From Oscillospiraceae bacterium (GTDB lineage: Bacteria; Bacteroidota; Bacteroidia; Bacteroidales; Bacteroidaceae), in the NCBI GenBank assembly GCA_963610435.1, contig CAVDNW010000001.1, forward strand, positions 47,105 through 111,104: a DNA stretch of 64,000 nt. Direction: 5' to 3'. Position numbers and translations under genes: made by a program. Below, one piece after another: positions 18,050 to 26,860 of this stretch. Below the pieces are notes generated by a model that was not told where the DNA came from, ran no database searches, and saw only the letters and a program-made list of their open reading frames with translations. How positions within the stretch are numbered: the stretch's first letter is position 1; each line of letters starts with the position of its first letter.

Positions 18050-19885
18050 TTAGGCAAGTTCTAGGCCCAGTGCGGCCCTCAGCTTTTCTATGGCTGGATT
18101 GGTCTGTCTGAGGTGGTCGAAGAGCTCGCGCTTGGTGTAGGCCCGCTTCATCTCCGACGGCTCGGCCAGTCGTAGGGTCAGTTCGATGTTGTTGTTGTGG
18201 AGCGTCTTGCGCATGGTGGCGCGTATGTTGCCCCGTATCTCGTTCACCTGTTGCAGCAGAATCTCGTTGTCGATCGCAGCTTCGATGTTGGGGTAGGTGG
18301 TGATGTGCGGCGTGATGTTCTTCAGTCGGGCCGCCAGTCCCACGAATTGTTGGGGCATGCGGTTGCACATTAGGGTCCATTCCATGCCGAGTTCCTCCTC
18401 GGTGAAAGGCTTTCCTGCCAGTGTCTCCTTGGCACCCTTGTCGTCTTCAGGCATGGCTGTCTTGAGGTAGTCGGGCTGTTTGGGTGCGCTCCTCAGGTCG
18501 CTGAAGGTGATGTTGCCCGCTCCCTTGATGTTGAAGCGCATTGTGCCCAGCGCTCCACTTGGCTTGGGAGGGGCGGACTGTGCAACTGGTGTCTTGGGCG
18601 CCCCGCCGCCGGTTGGCTGTGGCTGTGGCGCGTGTTGAGAGGGGACGGTTGCCTGGCGAGCCGCCCTTGCGAGAGTCTTCCCGGCCCCGGCCACCTGCGC
18701 TGCCGTTGAGGGTCGGGATTTCATGATGTTCTTGAACAGGGATTTCAGACGCTTAGGGCTACGCCCCGCACTGTCAGCGTCATCGTCGGGCTGCGTGATT
18801 TGCGCCACGCGGATGAGCGTCAGCTCCACCAGCAGGCGCTTGTTGCTGCTCTGCCGATAGTTCACGTCACACTCGTTCATGATGCGCAGAGCCTTGTAGA
18901 GAAAAGGCAGCTGACACTTCTTCGCCTGCTCCTGATAACGCAAGCGCTGGGAGTCGCTAGTCTCCAGCAAGGGAAGGGTCTGCGCGTCGCGTGCCATCAT
19001 CACGTTGCGCACGTGGGATGCCAGCCCGTTGATGAGGTTGCCGCCGTCGAAGCCCTTGGCGATGATGTTGTTGAGCAACACCATGATGTCGCTTGCCTTG
19101 TTGTCCAGCGCCAAATCGATGATGCGGAAATAGTTGTCAGCATCGAGCACGTTGAGGTCCTCAATCACCTTGTCATAGGTGATGTTGCCTTGGCAGAAAC
19201 TGCTCACCTGGTCGAAGATTGACAGAGCGTCGCGCATGCCGCCGTCGGCTTTCTCGGCGATGATATTGAGCGCCTCCTCCTCGTAGGTGATACTCTCCTT
19301 GGCCGCCACCATCTTCAGGTGGGCGATGATCTTGGATACCGTCATGCGCTCAAAGTCATATATCTGGCACCGAGAGAGGATGGTGGGCAGAATCTTGTGC
19401 TTCTCCGTTGTAGCCAGGATGAAGATGACGTGTTGTGGAGGTTCCTCCAGAGTCTTCAGGAATGCGTTGAAGGCCGCCTGCGAAAGCATGTGGACCTCGT
19501 CGATGATAAACACCTTGTATTTGCCCACCTGGGGTGGTATCAAGGTCTGTTCCATCAGGGTCTTGATGTTTTCCACCGAGTTGTTGCTGGCGGCGTCGAG
19601 TTCAAAGATGTTCATCGAGCGACCCTCATTGAAGGCTTTGCAGTTCTCGCACTCGTTGCAGGCCTCGCCCTCGGCCGATGGCGACGAGCAGTTGATTGCT
19701 TTGGCGAAGATGCGGGCGCAAGTGGTCTTGCCGACTCCTCGCGGACCGCAGAATAGGTATGCGTGGGCCAGTTTGCCGCTCTTCACGGCGTTCTTCAGCG
19801 TGGTGGTCAGGGCTTCTTGTCCCACCACCGACGAGAACGTCATTGGGCGGTATTTGCGGGCCGAAACAATGTAGTTGTCAGTCAT
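18050..19885 (-). CDS. dnaX: DNA polymerase III subunit gamma/tau
   Basis: Start set at ATG 19885 (MTDNYIVSARKYRPMTF). Motifs include Walker A GPRGVGKTT, the Zn module CNECENC and DEVHML. Pro/Ala-rich linker and tau C-terminus are present. Confidence 0.9.
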   Translation of the reverse strand: MTDNYIVSARKYRPMTFSSVVGQEALTTTLKNAVKSGKLAHAYLFCGPRGVGKTTCARIFAKAINCSSPSAEGEACNECENCKAFNEGRSMNIFELDAASNNSVENIKTLMEQTLIPPQVGKYKVFIIDEVHMLSQAAFNAFLKTLEEPPQHVIFILATTEKHKILPTILSRCQIYDFERMTVSKIIAHLKMVAAKESITYEEEALNIIAEKADGGMRDALSIFDQVSSFCQGNITYDKVIEDLNVLDADNYFRIIDLALDNKASDIMVLLNNIIAKGFDGGNLINGLASHVRNVMMARDAQTLPLLETSDSQRLRYQEQAKKCQLPFLYKALRIMNECDVNYRQSSNKRLLVELTLIRVAQITQPDDDADSAGRSPKRLKSLFKNIMKSRPSTAAQVAGAGKTLARAARQATVPSQHAPQPQPTGGGAPKTPVAQSAPPKPSGALGTMRFNIKGAGNITFSDLRSAPKQPDYLKTAMPEDDKGAKETLAGKPFTEEELGMEWTLMCNRMPQQFVGLAARLKNITPHITTYPNIEAAIDNEILLQQVNEIRGNIRATMRKTLHNNNIELTLRLAEPSEMKRAYTKRELFDHLRQTNPAIEKLRAALGLELA

Positions 19886-19909
19886 GTGTAGTCTGGTGGT
19901 TTCTACTTG

Positions 19910-19917
19910 CAAAGTTA
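19910..19917 (-). promoter_or_regulatory. -7 promoter box TAACTTTG (dnaX, minus strand)
   Basis: Plus-strand caaagtta, 25 nt upstream of ATG 19885. Divergent from the ftsB-like promoter. Confidence 0.5.
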
Positions 19918-19982
19918 GTGCAAATTGCAGGAAGGGCAAAACAAAAAACATGATTTCTTTTGCTTTTTCCACTGATTTGCAT

Positions 19983-19990
19983 TAACTTTG
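19983..19990 (+). promoter_or_regulatory. -7 promoter box TAACTTTG (ftsB-like)
   Basis: TAnnTTTG match 22 nt upstream of ATG 20012. Confidence 0.5.
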
Positions 19991-20011
19991 CAATATCTTA
20001 TAGTAAAGAGA

Positions 20012-20371
20012 ATGAGCGCCAAGATTAACCTCGTTTTGAGTCTCCTGTCCCGCTACAAATACATTATTACGATTGTGGTGGGTGTGGCTGTTGTCGGCTT
20101 TATTGATGACAACAGCCTGTTGCGCCGCTTCAAATATGACTTGCAAATCAGTGAACTGAGGGACGAAATCAAGGCTTACAGACAGAAGAATGAGGCTATC
20201 GTCAGGCAGTTGCGCGCCGTGCAGCGCAATCCCAAGGCAATCGAGAAGATTGCGCGCGAGCGATATTTTATGAAGGCCGACGACGAGGATATTTTTGTGC
20301 TCAGCACTGATCGCCAGCCCGATGCCGGTGACCAGCCCGATAACAGCGACTACGATGAAACAGCTCAGTAA
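20012..20371 (+). CDS. septum formation initiator (FtsB/DivIC family)
   Basis: Start at ATG 20012 (MSAKINLV). One TM segment, then a coiled coil (ISELRDEIKAYRQKNEAIVRQLRAV) and the ARERYFMKADDEDIF motif. Confidence 0.75.
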   Translation: MSAKINLVLSLLSRYKYIITIVVGVAVVGFIDDNSLLRRFKYDLQISELRDEIKAYRQKNEAIVRQLRAVQRNPKAIEKIARERYFMKADDEDIFVLSTDRQPDAGDQPDNSDYDETAQ

Positions 20372-20771
20372 AATCCAAACTCTTGTTTTTCTTCTAGGCG
20401 GTGCGCTGATGGTTATTGGCGCAGGATGCTTTGCCTTTATGTGGCAGCAGCCGACCGTCTGTTGGGTGTTCCTCGCGGGCACAGTCCTTTTTTCCGTCAT
20501 GCAGATGATGCAGACTTATGAGGGCACGGAACTGGCCGTCAAGCGCCTGAAGCACATCCAGAACCTGGCCGACATCCTCTTTGTGGTGGCCGGCATTCTG
20601 ATGGTCGACACAGCGTGGGGATTCTTCAGACCACTGTTCTCGGATGTCTTCACCTATTTTAATTATGTTTATAACAAGTGGGTCGTCGTGTTGCTCATTG
20701 CCGCTGTGGTGGAGGTTTACACCATGCACAGGCTCGACCATGAACTTTCCAAAAAAAACATAAAAGATTAG
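20355..20771 (+). CDS. small integral membrane protein, unknown function
   Basis: Start set at ATG 20355 (MKQLSKIQTLVFLLGGALMVIGAG), overlapping the ftsB-like end by 17 nt. About 4 predicted TM helices. Confidence 0.55.
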   Translation: MKQLSKIQTLVFLLGGALMVIGAGCFAFMWQQPTVCWVFLAGTVLFSVMQMMQTYEGTELAVKRLKHIQNLADILFVVAGILMVDTAWGFFRPLFSDVFTYFNYVYNKWVVVLLIAAVVEVYTMHRLDHELSKKNIKD

Positions 20772-20822
20772 GCAATACATTTAAATTGCATAAATTTTTT
20801 TTCGCACCTCGCAAATACATAG

Positions 20823-20830
20823 TATCTTTG
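20823..20830 (+). promoter_or_regulatory. -7 promoter box TATCTTTG
   Basis: TAnnTTTG match 24 nt upstream of ATG 20854. Confidence 0.5.
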
Positions 20831-20853
20831 TGTTGCTTGAACAGAATGTTTTT

Positions 20854-21669
20854 ATGAAAAAATTCTTGTATGCGATAGCCAGCATATTGGCTCTCAACTC
20901 TTGTGCCAACACTTTCGACATCACGGGCACGACGAACGTGTCAACGCTTGATGGGCAGAAGCTGTACTTGAAAGTGTTCAAGGACACAACTCTGAAGAAC
21001 CTGGACTCGTGCGACGTGGTGCACGGGCATTTCCAGTTTGCGGGCTCCATCGACTCCGTGCGGGTGGCCACCATCTTTCTCAACGAGAGCAGCGGACTGC
21101 CCGTGGTGCTCGAAGGCGGCGACATACAGGTCAAGATTGATAACATGCAGGAGAGTGTCACGGGCACTCCGCTCAATGACGCGCTCTCGGCATTCAGAAG
21201 CCAGTTCACACAGCTCGCCAACCAAAGGGTGGAGCTCGTGCACAAGCACGATCAAGCCATCATGAACGGAAGCGACATGAACGTCGTCAACGTACGGCTG
21301 GCGAGAGAGAATGAGGAAATCAGTGCCAAGATGGACAAACTCGTCACATCCTTTGTCACTGAAAATTTTGATAATGTGCTGGGGCCATACGTGTTCATCA
21401 ATACCTGCGTCAACCGCTATGAGGTACCTATGCTCGATGCATGGATAGAGGATATCATGAGCAAGGCTACCGAAAACTTCAAGAACAACCCACAAGTAAA
21501 GGAGTATTATCAGACTGCCCAGGAGAACCAGAACATCATGAACGGCATGAAGGACATACCCGCTCAGACCCCTGTTCAGCAGGTGGCACCCCCGCAAGAC
21601 GGTCCCACGCCCAACCAGATGGCAGCTCCAGCGGGACGGCCGGGCGGAACCCCCGCGCAGGCTGAATAA
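20854..21669 (+). CDS. lipoprotein with DUF4369-like N-terminal domain and Pro/Gln-rich tail
   Basis: Start at ATG 20854 (MKKFLYAIASILALNSC lipobox). The pattern GQKLYLKVF...VHGHFQFAGSID...GGDIQVKIDN resembles DUF4369. No thioredoxin domain follows. Confidence 0.55.
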   Translation: MKKFLYAIASILALNSCANTFDITGTTNVSTLDGQKLYLKVFKDTTLKNLDSCDVVHGHFQFAGSIDSVRVATIFLNESSGLPVVLEGGDIQVKIDNMQESVTGTPLNDALSAFRSQFTQLANQRVELVHKHDQAIMNGSDMNVVNVRLARENEEISAKMDKLVTSFVTENFDNVLGPYVFINTCVNRYEVPMLDAWIEDIMSKATENFKNNPQVKEYYQTAQENQNIMNGMKDIPAQTPVQQVAPPQDGPTPNQMAAPAGRPGGTPAQAE

Positions 21670-21757
21670 ATCATTCATGGCGGCCCTCGCCTGGCTCGCA
21701 TGGTGGCAAACCATGCTGAGAGAACGCTGGCGGGGGTGCACAAATCCATTTCAGACG

Positions 21758-23146
21758 ATGAGAACAATCATTGAGGGAGGACAGGTCGTCAATGAGGGCG
21801 AGGCTTTCAACGGTTCAGTAATCATTGAGAACGACCGCATCGCCGAGGTCGTGAAAGGAAAGGAAACACCCCGTGGCATCTTCGACAACCGACTGGATGC
21901 CACGGGGTGTTTCGTGTTACCTGGCATTATCGACTGTCATGTGCACTTTCGCGAACCTGGACTGACCGCCAAGGCCGACATCGACAGTGAGTCGCGCGCA
22001 GCGGCCTACGGAGGAGTTACGTCGTTTTTCGACATGCCCAACACCAATCCGCAGACCACAACGCTTGAAGCGTGGCGCGACAAGATGCAACGCGGACAGC
22101 AGGAGAGCCATGTCAACTACGCCTTCTTTTACGGTGCGACCAACGACAACGCTGCTACCTTTGCCCAGCTCGACAAGACATGCGTGCCGGGCATCAAACT
22201 GTTCATGGGCGCTTCTACAGGCAACATGCTTGTGGACAGGCTGGGATCGCTTATCGATGTCTTCAAGACCTGCGCCGCGCTCGGCCTCCCTCTGATGAGC
22301 CACTGCGAGGACTCGACAGTCATCGAAGAGAATATGAAGCGCATGAAGGAGGCCTATGGCGACGACCCTCCCGTCATGCTGCACCCGCTCATACGCTCGG
22401 AAGCGGCCTGCTACGAGAGTTCGGCGCTCGCCGTCAACCTCGCCAGGCAGTTTGGCACACGGTTGCATGTGGCCCATGTCACGACAGAGAAGGAGCTGCA
22501 GTTGTTTGACCCGGTAAGCGACGCACTCGATGCGGCCTTGCCGACCATCACTGCGGAGGCTGTCATCGCACATTTGTGGTTCTCCAATCTCGACTACGTG
22601 GAGAAAGGTGCGCTCATCAAGTGCAATCCCGCCGTCAAGCGGCCCGAGGACCGTGAGGCGTTGCGGAAGGCTCTTGCCGACGGCCATATAGCAACCGTCG
22701 GAACAGACCATGCGCCCCATCAGCTCAAGGACAAGCAGGGCGGATGCGCCAAGGCTGCATCGGGCATGCCCATGTTGCAGTTCTCGCTGGTGTCGATGCT
22801 GGCACTTGTCGACCAGGGTGTCTTGACCATCCAGCAACTGGTGAGACTCATGTGCCACAATCCCGCACGCCTGTTTGATATCAGCCAGCGCGGATTCCTG
22901 CGCCCCGGTTACAAGGCCGATGTGGCCATTGTCAGGCCCCATGCGCCATGGACCGTCACCGAAGACCTCATACAGAGCAAATGCGGATGGAGCCCCATGA
23001 CGGGGCAGCACTACGACTGGCGCGTCGCCAAGACACTCTGCAACGGACACGTGGTGTTCGACGAGGGAGTGTTCGACAATTGTTATCATGGCGAACCCGT
23101 CCGCTTCCGACTCCCTGAGGATGGGGAGGGAAAGGCTGAAGCATGA
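21758..23146 (+). CDS. pyrC: dihydroorotase (cyclic amidohydrolase family)
   Basis: Start set at ATG 21758 (MRTIIEGGQVVNEG). Metal-binding GIIDCHVHFREPG, GGVTSFFDMPNT and VGTDHAPH are present. Confidence 0.75.
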   Translation: MRTIIEGGQVVNEGEAFNGSVIIENDRIAEVVKGKETPRGIFDNRLDATGCFVLPGIIDCHVHFREPGLTAKADIDSESRAAAYGGVTSFFDMPNTNPQTTTLEAWRDKMQRGQQESHVNYAFFYGATNDNAATFAQLDKTCVPGIKLFMGASTGNMLVDRLGSLIDVFKTCAALGLPLMSHCEDSTVIEENMKRMKEAYGDDPPVMLHPLIRSEAACYESSALAVNLARQFGTRLHVAHVTTEKELQLFDPVSDALDAALPTITAEAVIAHLWFSNLDYVEKGALIKCNPAVKRPEDREALRKALADGHIATVGTDHAPHQLKDKQGGCAKAASGMPMLQFSLVSMLALVDQGVLTIQQLVRLMCHNPARLFDISQRGFLRPGYKADVAIVRPHAPWTVTEDLIQSKCGWSPMTGQHYDWRVAKTLCNGHVVFDEGVFDNCYHGEPVRFRLPEDGEGKAEA

Positions 23147-23952
23147 AACTCGCTTATAGCATACGCGAAGTGCGCCCCTACATCAACTGGATTTACTTTT
23201 TCCACGCATGGGGAATGAACGGAAAACCAAAGGATCAGCAGGTGCGGCTCCAGGATGATGCCAACCGTGTGCTCGACCGATGGGAGACGTGCTACCGCAC
23301 CCTTGCCGTGTTTGACATCATGGATGCCAACAGCGACGGTGACGACCTCATTATGGGCGGCATCCGCATCCCCATGTTGAGGCAGCAGCGCCCGTCCGCC
23401 GAAGGCCAACCCACGCTGTGTCTGGCCGACTTTGTGCGCCCGCTATCCTCAGGGCAGCCAGACAGGGTAGGGGCTTTTGCCACCACCGTGGAGCCCAGTA
23501 TGGAGCACGAGGGGCATGACGATGTCTATCAGCGCATGCTTACACAGGTGCTCGCAGACAGGCTGGCCGAGGCTACGGCGGAACTGATGCATCTGCAGGT
23601 GCGGCGCCAATACTGGGGCTATGCGCCCAATGAACAACTGTCGATGAACGACATCCATGCCGAGCGATATCAAGGCATACGTCCGGCTGTGGGCTATCCC
23701 TCACTGCCCGATACCAGTGTCAATTTCCTGCTTTCAGACCTCATCGGCATGAAACAGATAGGCATACACCTCACCGAGGCAGGCATGATGCAGCCCCATG
23801 CATCGGTGTCGGGTTTCATGTTTGCCCATCCACAGGCGCGGTACTTCGACCTCGGGAAGATTGGCGAGGACCAGTTGATCGACTATGCGAGCCGCCGTGG
23901 CGTCCCCGTCGAACTCATGCGCCGCTTCCTGGCATCCAGTTTGCTGAAGTGA
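23143..23952 (+). CDS. stand-alone methionine synthase (MetH) AdoMet-binding reactivation domain protein
   Basis: 269 aa. Colinear with the C-terminal Met_synt_B12 domain of MetH (YINWIYFFHAWG...LADF...RPAVGYPSLPD...LTEAGMMQPHASVSGFMFAHPQARYF). The ATG overlaps the dihydroorotase stop (ATGA). Confidence 0.75.
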   Translation: MKLAYSIREVRPYINWIYFFHAWGMNGKPKDQQVRLQDDANRVLDRWETCYRTLAVFDIMDANSDGDDLIMGGIRIPMLRQQRPSAEGQPTLCLADFVRPLSSGQPDRVGAFATTVEPSMEHEGHDDVYQRMLTQVLADRLAEATAELMHLQVRRQYWGYAPNEQLSMNDIHAERYQGIRPAVGYPSLPDTSVNFLLSDLIGMKQIGIHLTEAGMMQPHASVSGFMFAHPQARYFDLGKIGEDQLIDYASRRGVPVELMRRFLASSLLK

Positions 23953-23999
23953 TGTTGACAACAATTTTGAAAGATATGCATTGACACGCACCGTCCCTT

Positions 24000-25163
24000 A
24001 TGATAGCACGACTCTTCATACCCATCATCTTGGCCATTGTGTTGCCCGACCTATACATCGACTGGCGCCACTGGTGTCACCGCCGCGGTTATGGCTGGTG
24101 GCAAAGGGCGCTGTGGTGGGCGCCGGGGGTGGTGATGCTGGTCTACACCGTGTCACTGGCCACCATCCGCAATTTTGTGCCCGACGACCTGACGTGGGTC
24201 AACGTTTACATGATACTCATGGGACTGGTAGTGGTGCCCAAGGCCCTGTTCATGGTCTGTTCGGGATTGGGAAATCTGTTTTGCCGGCTCAGTGGCGGTC
24301 ACCGCAACTGGGGAAATTATTTGGCATGGGTGCTCATCGTGTGCAACTGGTATGTGCTGGTTTGCGGCTTTCTGGTTGGCATCGACAGGTTCGAAGTGAA
24401 GCGCATTGACCTCTTTTTTGATGATCTGCCGTCCGCTTTCGACGGATACCGCATCGTGCATTTCACCGATGCTCATGTGGGAACACTGGAAACGCGGAAC
24501 ATAGGTTTGCTGAAGCGCGACATCGACAGTATCAACGCCCAGCATGCCGACCTCATCGCCTTTACCGGCGACTTGCAAAACATACGTCCGCAGGAGATAC
24601 GGGCTGCACAGGGAATGTTGTCTTCGCTAAGGGCACGTGACGGTGTCGTTTCAGTCCTGGGCAATCACGACTACAGCAAGTATGTGCACGAAGGGGCTGC
24701 CGTCGAAGCTGCCAACAGGGCAGAGACCATTGCCCGCGAGCGGCAATGCGGCTGGCGGTTGTTGCTCAACGAGCATATTGCCATCCGGCGGGGGAAAGAC
24801 TCCATCGTGATTGCTGGCGAACAAAACTTTGGCGACCCCGACAGTGCCGACTTCCAGAAGACCATGTGTGGAGTGGGCGAGCAGGCCTTTACCATCATGT
24901 TGCAGCACAATCCCGCGGCGTGGGACAAGACCATCGTGCCAACAGGCCGTGTGGCGCTCACGCTCAGCGGACACACGCATGGCGGCCAGATGTCCGTCTT
25001 CGGCTGGCGGCCCACCCGTCTGACCTACGCCGAGGATTATGGGCACTACGTCAAGGGAAAAAGCCAGCTCGTCGTGTCGTCGGGATTGGGTGGACTGGTG
25101 CCCTTCCGCTTCGGCATACCGCCCGAAATAGTAGTGATAACCTTACATAAAATCCGAAAATGA
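24000..25163 (+). CDS. membrane-anchored metallophosphoesterase
   Basis: 387 aa. N-terminal TM helices, then HFTDAHVG, FTGDLQN, LGNHDY and SGHTHGGQ motifs. Confidence 0.85.
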   Translation: MIARLFIPIILAIVLPDLYIDWRHWCHRRGYGWWQRALWWAPGVVMLVYTVSLATIRNFVPDDLTWVNVYMILMGLVVVPKALFMVCSGLGNLFCRLSGGHRNWGNYLAWVLIVCNWYVLVCGFLVGIDRFEVKRIDLFFDDLPSAFDGYRIVHFTDAHVGTLETRNIGLLKRDIDSINAQHADLIAFTGDLQNIRPQEIRAAQGMLSSLRARDGVVSVLGNHDYSKYVHEGAAVEAANRAETIARERQCGWRLLLNEHIAIRRGKDSIVIAGEQNFGDPDSADFQKTMCGVGEQAFTIMLQHNPAAWDKTIVPTGRVALTLSGHTHGGQMSVFGWRPTRLTYAEDYGHYVKGKSQLVVSSGLGGLVPFRFGIPPEIVVITLHKIRK

Positions 25164-25918
25164 AATTCCTTTATCGTCTTTATCAGCTTTGCGTCGTGCT
25201 GCCTCTCTTCCTGTTGGCATCAGTCGTAACGGCCCTGACAACAGTTGTCGGATGCCTTGTGGGTAACGGACATTTCTGGGGCTATTACCCAGGGAAGTAT
25301 TGGTCGCGCCTGATAGTGCGTCTGCTGTTTCTGCCTGTCAAGGTGGAAGGACGTGAAAATCTGAGCGACGGGCAGTCGTATGTCTTTGTGGCCAATCATC
25401 AGGGAGCGTTCGACATCTTCTTGATTTATGGTTTTCTGAACCGTAACTTCAAGTGGATGATGAAGCGGTCATTGCGCAATGTGCCCCTCGTGGGCATGGC
25501 CTGTGCGTATGCCCACCATATATTTGTGGACCGAAGTGGCGTGTCGAAAATCAAGGCTACCTACGACGAGGCGCGCGCCGTGCTGCGCGACGGCATGTCG
25601 TTGGTGGTCTTTCCCGAGGGTGCCCGTACGTTCACGGGACATATGGGCAAGTTCCGCCGTGGCGCGTTCATGCTTGCCGATGAGCTGCAGTTGCCCGTCT
25701 GCCCGCTGACCATCAACGGTTCCTTCAATGTCATGCCGCGCACACGCGACTGGCATTGGGTGACGTGGCATCCACTCACGCTCACCATCCACAAGCCCAT
25801 CGAACAGAAAGGAAAGGGGCGCGAGTTTGAGAAGGAAGTCGAGGCGACAAGCTATCAGACCATTATGGACGGGCTTGTGCCCGAATACCAGGGGTATGTC
25901 GAAAACAAAGACCAATAA
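25160..25918 (+). CDS. 1-acyl-sn-glycerol-3-phosphate acyltransferase family protein
   Basis: 252 aa with NHQGAFD (HX4D) and FPEGARTF motifs. Start overlaps the previous stop (ATGA). Confidence 0.85.
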   Translation: MKFLYRLYQLCVVLPLFLLASVVTALTTVVGCLVGNGHFWGYYPGKYWSRLIVRLLFLPVKVEGRENLSDGQSYVFVANHQGAFDIFLIYGFLNRNFKWMMKRSLRNVPLVGMACAYAHHIFVDRSGVSKIKATYDEARAVLRDGMSLVVFPEGARTFTGHMGKFRRGAFMLADELQLPVCPLTINGSFNVMPRTRDWHWVTWHPLTLTIHKPIEQKGKGREFEKEVEATSYQTIMDGLVPEYQGYVENKDQ

Positions 25919-26047
25919 TCCCGTGTTGCCATGAAGTGTCGGAGAAGAATGCAAGCCATATCAGAGACAGGCCATGTCGCACTGGAGATTTCCCGACAAT
26001 ATCCCTATTTTGTGATGAAAAGATTTGGCAATTCCTCCATTATTTTA

Positions 26048-26055
26048 TAATTTTG
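26048..26055 (+). promoter_or_regulatory. -7 promoter box TAATTTTG
   Basis: TAnnTTTG match 56 nt upstream of ATG 26111. Confidence 0.5.
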
Positions 26056-26110
26056 CAAGAAAAGGAGTGCCTGCTGACGGGCACATTCACGAATAAACCT
26101 ACAATTTACT

Positions 26111-26860
26111 ATGCATGAAAGTGATTCGATAGTTATCATTCCCACATACAACGAGAAAGAGAACATGGAGAAAATCATCCGTGCGGTCTTCTCGTTGGAC
26201 AAGTGCTTCCACATCCTGGTCATTGATGACGGCAGTCCCGACGGCACCGCTGACATTGTGAAAAGACTGATGCACCACGAATTTGCCGATCGGCTGTTTC
26301 TCGTGGAGCGTTCTGGCAAGCAAGGGCTCGGTACCGCTTACATCACGGGGTTTAAGTGGGCATTGGATCGCCAGTATGAATATGTCTTTGAGATGGACGC
26401 CGATTTCAGCCACAATCCCAACGACTTGCCGCGTCTTTATGCCGCTTGCCATGATGAGGGAGCCGATGTGGCAGTGGGATCACGCTACATCACGGGCGTG
26501 AACGTGGTCAACTGGCCGATGGGCCGCGTGCTGATGAGCTATTTTGCATCACAGTATGTGCGCTTTGTGACAGGCATCAACGTACACGATACCACTGCCG
26601 GCTTCGTGTGTTATCGCCGTCGGGTGCTTGAGACTATCGAGCTCGACAAGATCCGTTTCAAGGGTTACGCGTTCCAGATCGAAATGAAATATACCGCCTA
26701 TCGCATCGGTTTCAAAATCAAGGAGGTGTCGGTGGTCTTCGTCAACCGCAAGGAAGGCACCAGCAAGATGAGCGGAGGTATCTTCAGCGAAGCGCTTTTC
26801 GGTGTCATGAGACTGAGGCTTGACGGTTGGTTCCGCAACTATCCAAAGATAAAGAATTGA
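26111..26860 (+). CDS. GT2 polyprenol-phosphate mannosyltransferase-like glycosyltransferase
   Basis: 249 aa. VIIPTYNEKEN, VIDDGSPDGT and EMDADFSH motifs match Dpm1-like enzymes. Confidence 0.85.
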   Translation: MHESDSIVIIPTYNEKENMEKIIRAVFSLDKCFHILVIDDGSPDGTADIVKRLMHHEFADRLFLVERSGKQGLGTAYITGFKWALDRQYEYVFEMDADFSHNPNDLPRLYAACHDEGADVAVGSRYITGVNVVNWPMGRVLMSYFASQYVRFVTGINVHDTTAGFVCYRRRVLETIELDKIRFKGYAFQIEMKYTAYRIGFKIKEVSVVFVNRKEGTSKMSGGIFSEALFGVMRLRLDGWFRNYPKIKN

